This document shows positions 61,130 to 64,000 of a stretch of 64,000 nucleotides of DNA, piece after piece. Below the pieces are notes generated by a model, which was not told where the DNA came from, ran no database searches, and saw only the letters and a program-made list of their open reading frames with translations. Position numbers and translations under genes: made by a program. Source of the stretch: Felis catus (lineage: Eukaryota); assembly GCF_018350175.1 (NCBI RefSeq), contig NC_058376.1, forward strand, positions 133,734,001-133,798,000, in the 5' to 3' direction. The stretch's first letter is position 1; each line of letters opens with the position of its first letter.

Positions 61130-63210
61130 ATGAAATACGTAGCACATTAACGAGGCTGAACAGTAGGGTTATACAAGGAGAAGTCTCCCTCACCATCTCG
61201 GCCCCTGCCCCTCAGTTTCCCTCCCCACAAGTGTGTGGTCCCAGAGACGGTCGATGGACGTGCCTGCTCTTCGTAGACACATAGCAGCATATGACAATAG
61301 TGTTCATCACTTTGCTTGTTTTTCACCTCACGCTACTTCCTGGTATTTTCCAAGTCGGTCTGTGAAGACTTGCTCATTCTCATGGCTGCACGGTACTCCA
61401 CTGTACTGATGTATAATTTATTTGACTGGTTTCCTCTTAAGGGACATTTAGGTTGCTTTTCATCTTTGATTGTTACCAAAGGATCCGGAATGAAGGAACT
61501 GGTTTTTAAATTCTCTTCCTGGTTTGAGAAAGCTGAACTTTCTCAAATAGGATGTACTGTATTGATATGATTTTAATAGTTTGTCCTAGAAAAAAGAATA
61601 AAAGAAACTATGTAGACTCTCTGTTTCCAAAACAATAGAAATCACATCTTAAAGCTTAAATGCTTAAAGCAGAACTAATAAGGACCTAAGAACCACAAAA
61701 ATGGTCTAAAAATGTGCAGCTTCAGTATGTCTATGCAGGCAGCTACGCCCAGGTGTATGTATTATGGAAGAGTGGAGCATGTATAAGAGATGTTGTTGGT
61801 GTCGTGGTCCGTGAATAAAGGAGGGAGCTACTGCGCAGGCAGACCTTTGTGTCCTCTGAAAAGACCAAGCAGTGAGAAAGGAGACCTAGATGCCAGCAAA
61901 CTTCAGTGACCCACACACAGTTCCAATACAGCGCGGCCATTGCTCTATGGGATACGTGCAGGCACTGTGGCAGCACATGCTCTGGAGTGACATCTAACTC
62001 AAGTATGGCAGAAACAGGAGAGGTTTACCCCGAGGAGGGGCCTGCTAAGCTGAGCCTTGAAAAATGTGTTTGGGGTGTATAAGTTAGTATGGGGTGGAAT
62101 AGTGTAGGGACCCGTTCTCAGGGAGGAAACAGCAGCATGCCCAGAGACCATCTGGTCCATTGGAGGAACTTCAAAGTGTGTCTGAGGTGGAGTGGGGAGA
62201 GGAGGCCTGCAAGGCGGTCCCGGGTCAGGATATCCACAGCTCTCTGTGAGAAGTAAGGAGTTGGGACTTAGCAATGGGAGGCCACTCATACTGGGTGTGT
62301 GAAGTAAACTGCCTTGTGTTTGTAAGATCTCATGCTGACTGCCAGGCGGAGAAGGAGCTGGGAAGGGACGGGAGCTGGGAAGGGAGCTGTTGCAGTCATC
62401 CGAGTGAGGGGCGATTGCTGGACATAGGTGTGGAGGCAGAGACACAGCCCTCTGGTTGTTTAGTTAAAAAAGAATTAAAAATCGTGCATTTGATACACAC
62501 ATCTTTATGAGCTTTACGTATTGTTTCTTTTGAATAAACCTTAGAAGTGGCATTGCTGAGTCAAAGGAAATGAGATTTTAAAATCTTTTAGTAATGTAGT
62601 CAAATCGCTTCCGTAAAGGCTTTACCAATTTTCAGGTCCGCTGGCAATTCGGACACTGCCAGCTCCCCACAGCTTTACCGTCACTGAGTGTTACCGTTGC
62701 TGGGAATGGACATCAGTCTAATAAGCGGGAAATACATGTCTTTCCTCTGTTTTAATTTGTTTCCATGAGTACTGGTGAGCTTGAAGTTTTTCATGTTTAC
62801 CTATGAATTATATTTCCACAGATTGCGTATTCATGTTTTTATTTTTCTCTTCAACCGTTTATCTTTGCCTTTTTGATTTCTAGGGGCTCCATAAATGTTT
62901 AACCTTTTGTCTTTTATATATATTGCCCCTATATGTTCTGATGTTCCTCTGATTTGTTATTGTGCTTACTTTTGTTCAGGTTGTTTTACTGAGCAGAAAG
63001 AGTGTGTTTAAATGCAATAAAATGTTTTGCTCATGCTTTCTGCCTTTAGTTTAGTACCCAGAAAGTCCTTCCTCAACCCTGGGTTATATAAATATTGGAA
63101 TTCGTATAAAATATTCACATTTACTTTCATCTTCTACCTTCAAATACTTAATTGATCAGGATTTTTTTGGTGTGAGATGTGTTGTGGGAATCTACCTTTT
63201 TAGTTCCCAA
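61130..63210 (-). mobile_element. Ancient L1ME-like 3' region in two pieces (~61130-61510 and ~62490-63210), with an antisense L2 fragment (~62000-62430) between them
   Basis: atggctgcacggtactccactgtac...ggacatttaggttg and tagaagtggcattgctgagtcaaagg are L1ME hallmarks. gcaatgggaggccact...tgttgcagtcatccgag is L2-like. Confidence 0.65.
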
Positions 63211-63768
63211 TGGTTAAAGAAAAAAGTTAAAATCTTTTTTTCTGAAAGCAAAAATCAGGAACCCTCTCCCAAGTCTAGCAAAGAATTCTTAGGCAGTTTG
63301 TGTGGGGAGGCAGTCTCAGAGACTGGATTTAGAAAAATTGGTATTTCTGAGGATTTTGATACTATTTTACATGGTCAAAAGAATCCAATACATGGGAAAG
63401 TTCAGCTCCTAACATATTGCCCACAGTTAATACAGGGTTGCAATCTGCATTTCATCAACTCAGAGTTATCCTTTCTCTTTGACACGTTAATTAACATTGG
63501 AATGACTTTTCAGATGGATGGTGGCTCTAATCTTTGTGTATTCATAGGTTCCTTTCTACACAGGACATCCAAGATGACCCATTCTCCCGACTAAGGCAGA
63601 GGAAATAAGATCAACACCAAAGATTGTAGAGTCTTGACCCTCAGTGCTGAAGCAAAGCCTCAAAATGACTCAAGAAATCTTAGACAATAAAATGCCACAG
63701 TCCCTGACATTCATCATTTTGGCAGCAAGATAAACATTTTCTAAACTTTTAGAAACAAATATATATGT

Positions 63769-63770
<2 letters not shown>

Positions 63771-63809
<39 letters not shown>
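63771..63809. repeat. (AC)n microsatellite
   Basis: About 19 perfect units. Confidence 0.95.
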
Positions 63810-63810
<1 letters not shown>

Positions 63811-64000
63811 TAACACTCTGGAGCTTGATTTATTTTTCCTGAGAAAAAGCACTGCCATGTTGTGCCTGTTTAGGAGAGAATGAGAGAGGAGTCTGGTGAC
63901 GGGACAGTTTGTACATGCCCTCTGGGGCTGTGCTGTTCCTTTTAGTATATGCCCTTGGCTGTCCAGTGAAGCCTTGCTTCCCAGGAAGTGCTGTTTGCAA

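Larger units (their letters stand above)
7677..64000 (+). other. PLCL2: PLCL2 intron 1 (phase 0), continuing beyond the window
   Basis: GTAGGT donor at 7677-7682. No long ORF for exon 2 (KTVSF motif, PH domain) appears in the ORF track, and the region is repeat-rich. Confidence 0.88.

Noticed and set aside
7677-64000. Orthologue of human MIR3714, which I recall lying in PLCL2 intron 1
   Set aside because: I found no convincing match by eye. A BLASTN of the hairpin would settle it.

Overview
Mammalian genomic DNA from a cat-family species, inferred from felid-type Can-SINE (SINEC_Fc-like) elements. The draft assembly has eight N-gaps. The window holds the CpG-island promoter and the 3' part of coding exon 1 of PLCL2 (phospholipase C-like 2, PRIP-2) on the + strand: RGPRGAALAPTPSPAACPLPRESKPGGLPRRSSIIK followed by a phase-0 donor at 7676|7677. 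The start codon falls in a gap. The remaining ~56 kb is intron 1 and exon 2 is not in the window. The intron contains about 24 Can-SINE copies or fragments, a near-full-length decayed antisense L1 (14.5-22 kb), older L1, L2 and MIR fragments, an MLT1 LTR, DNA-transposon relics and microsatellites. Nearly all other ORFs in the track are chance, gap-inflated or repeat-derived. I see no new multi-gene system. The most interesting signals are a TSD-flanked retrocopy of a tRNA-Cys 5' half ending exactly at the anticodon, candidate alternative first or cassette exons of PLCL2, an ancient twin-primed (5'-inverted) L1, a SINE dimer under one TSD, and closely spaced inverted SINE pairs. Repeat family names and comparisons with human sequence are from memory, not from a database search.
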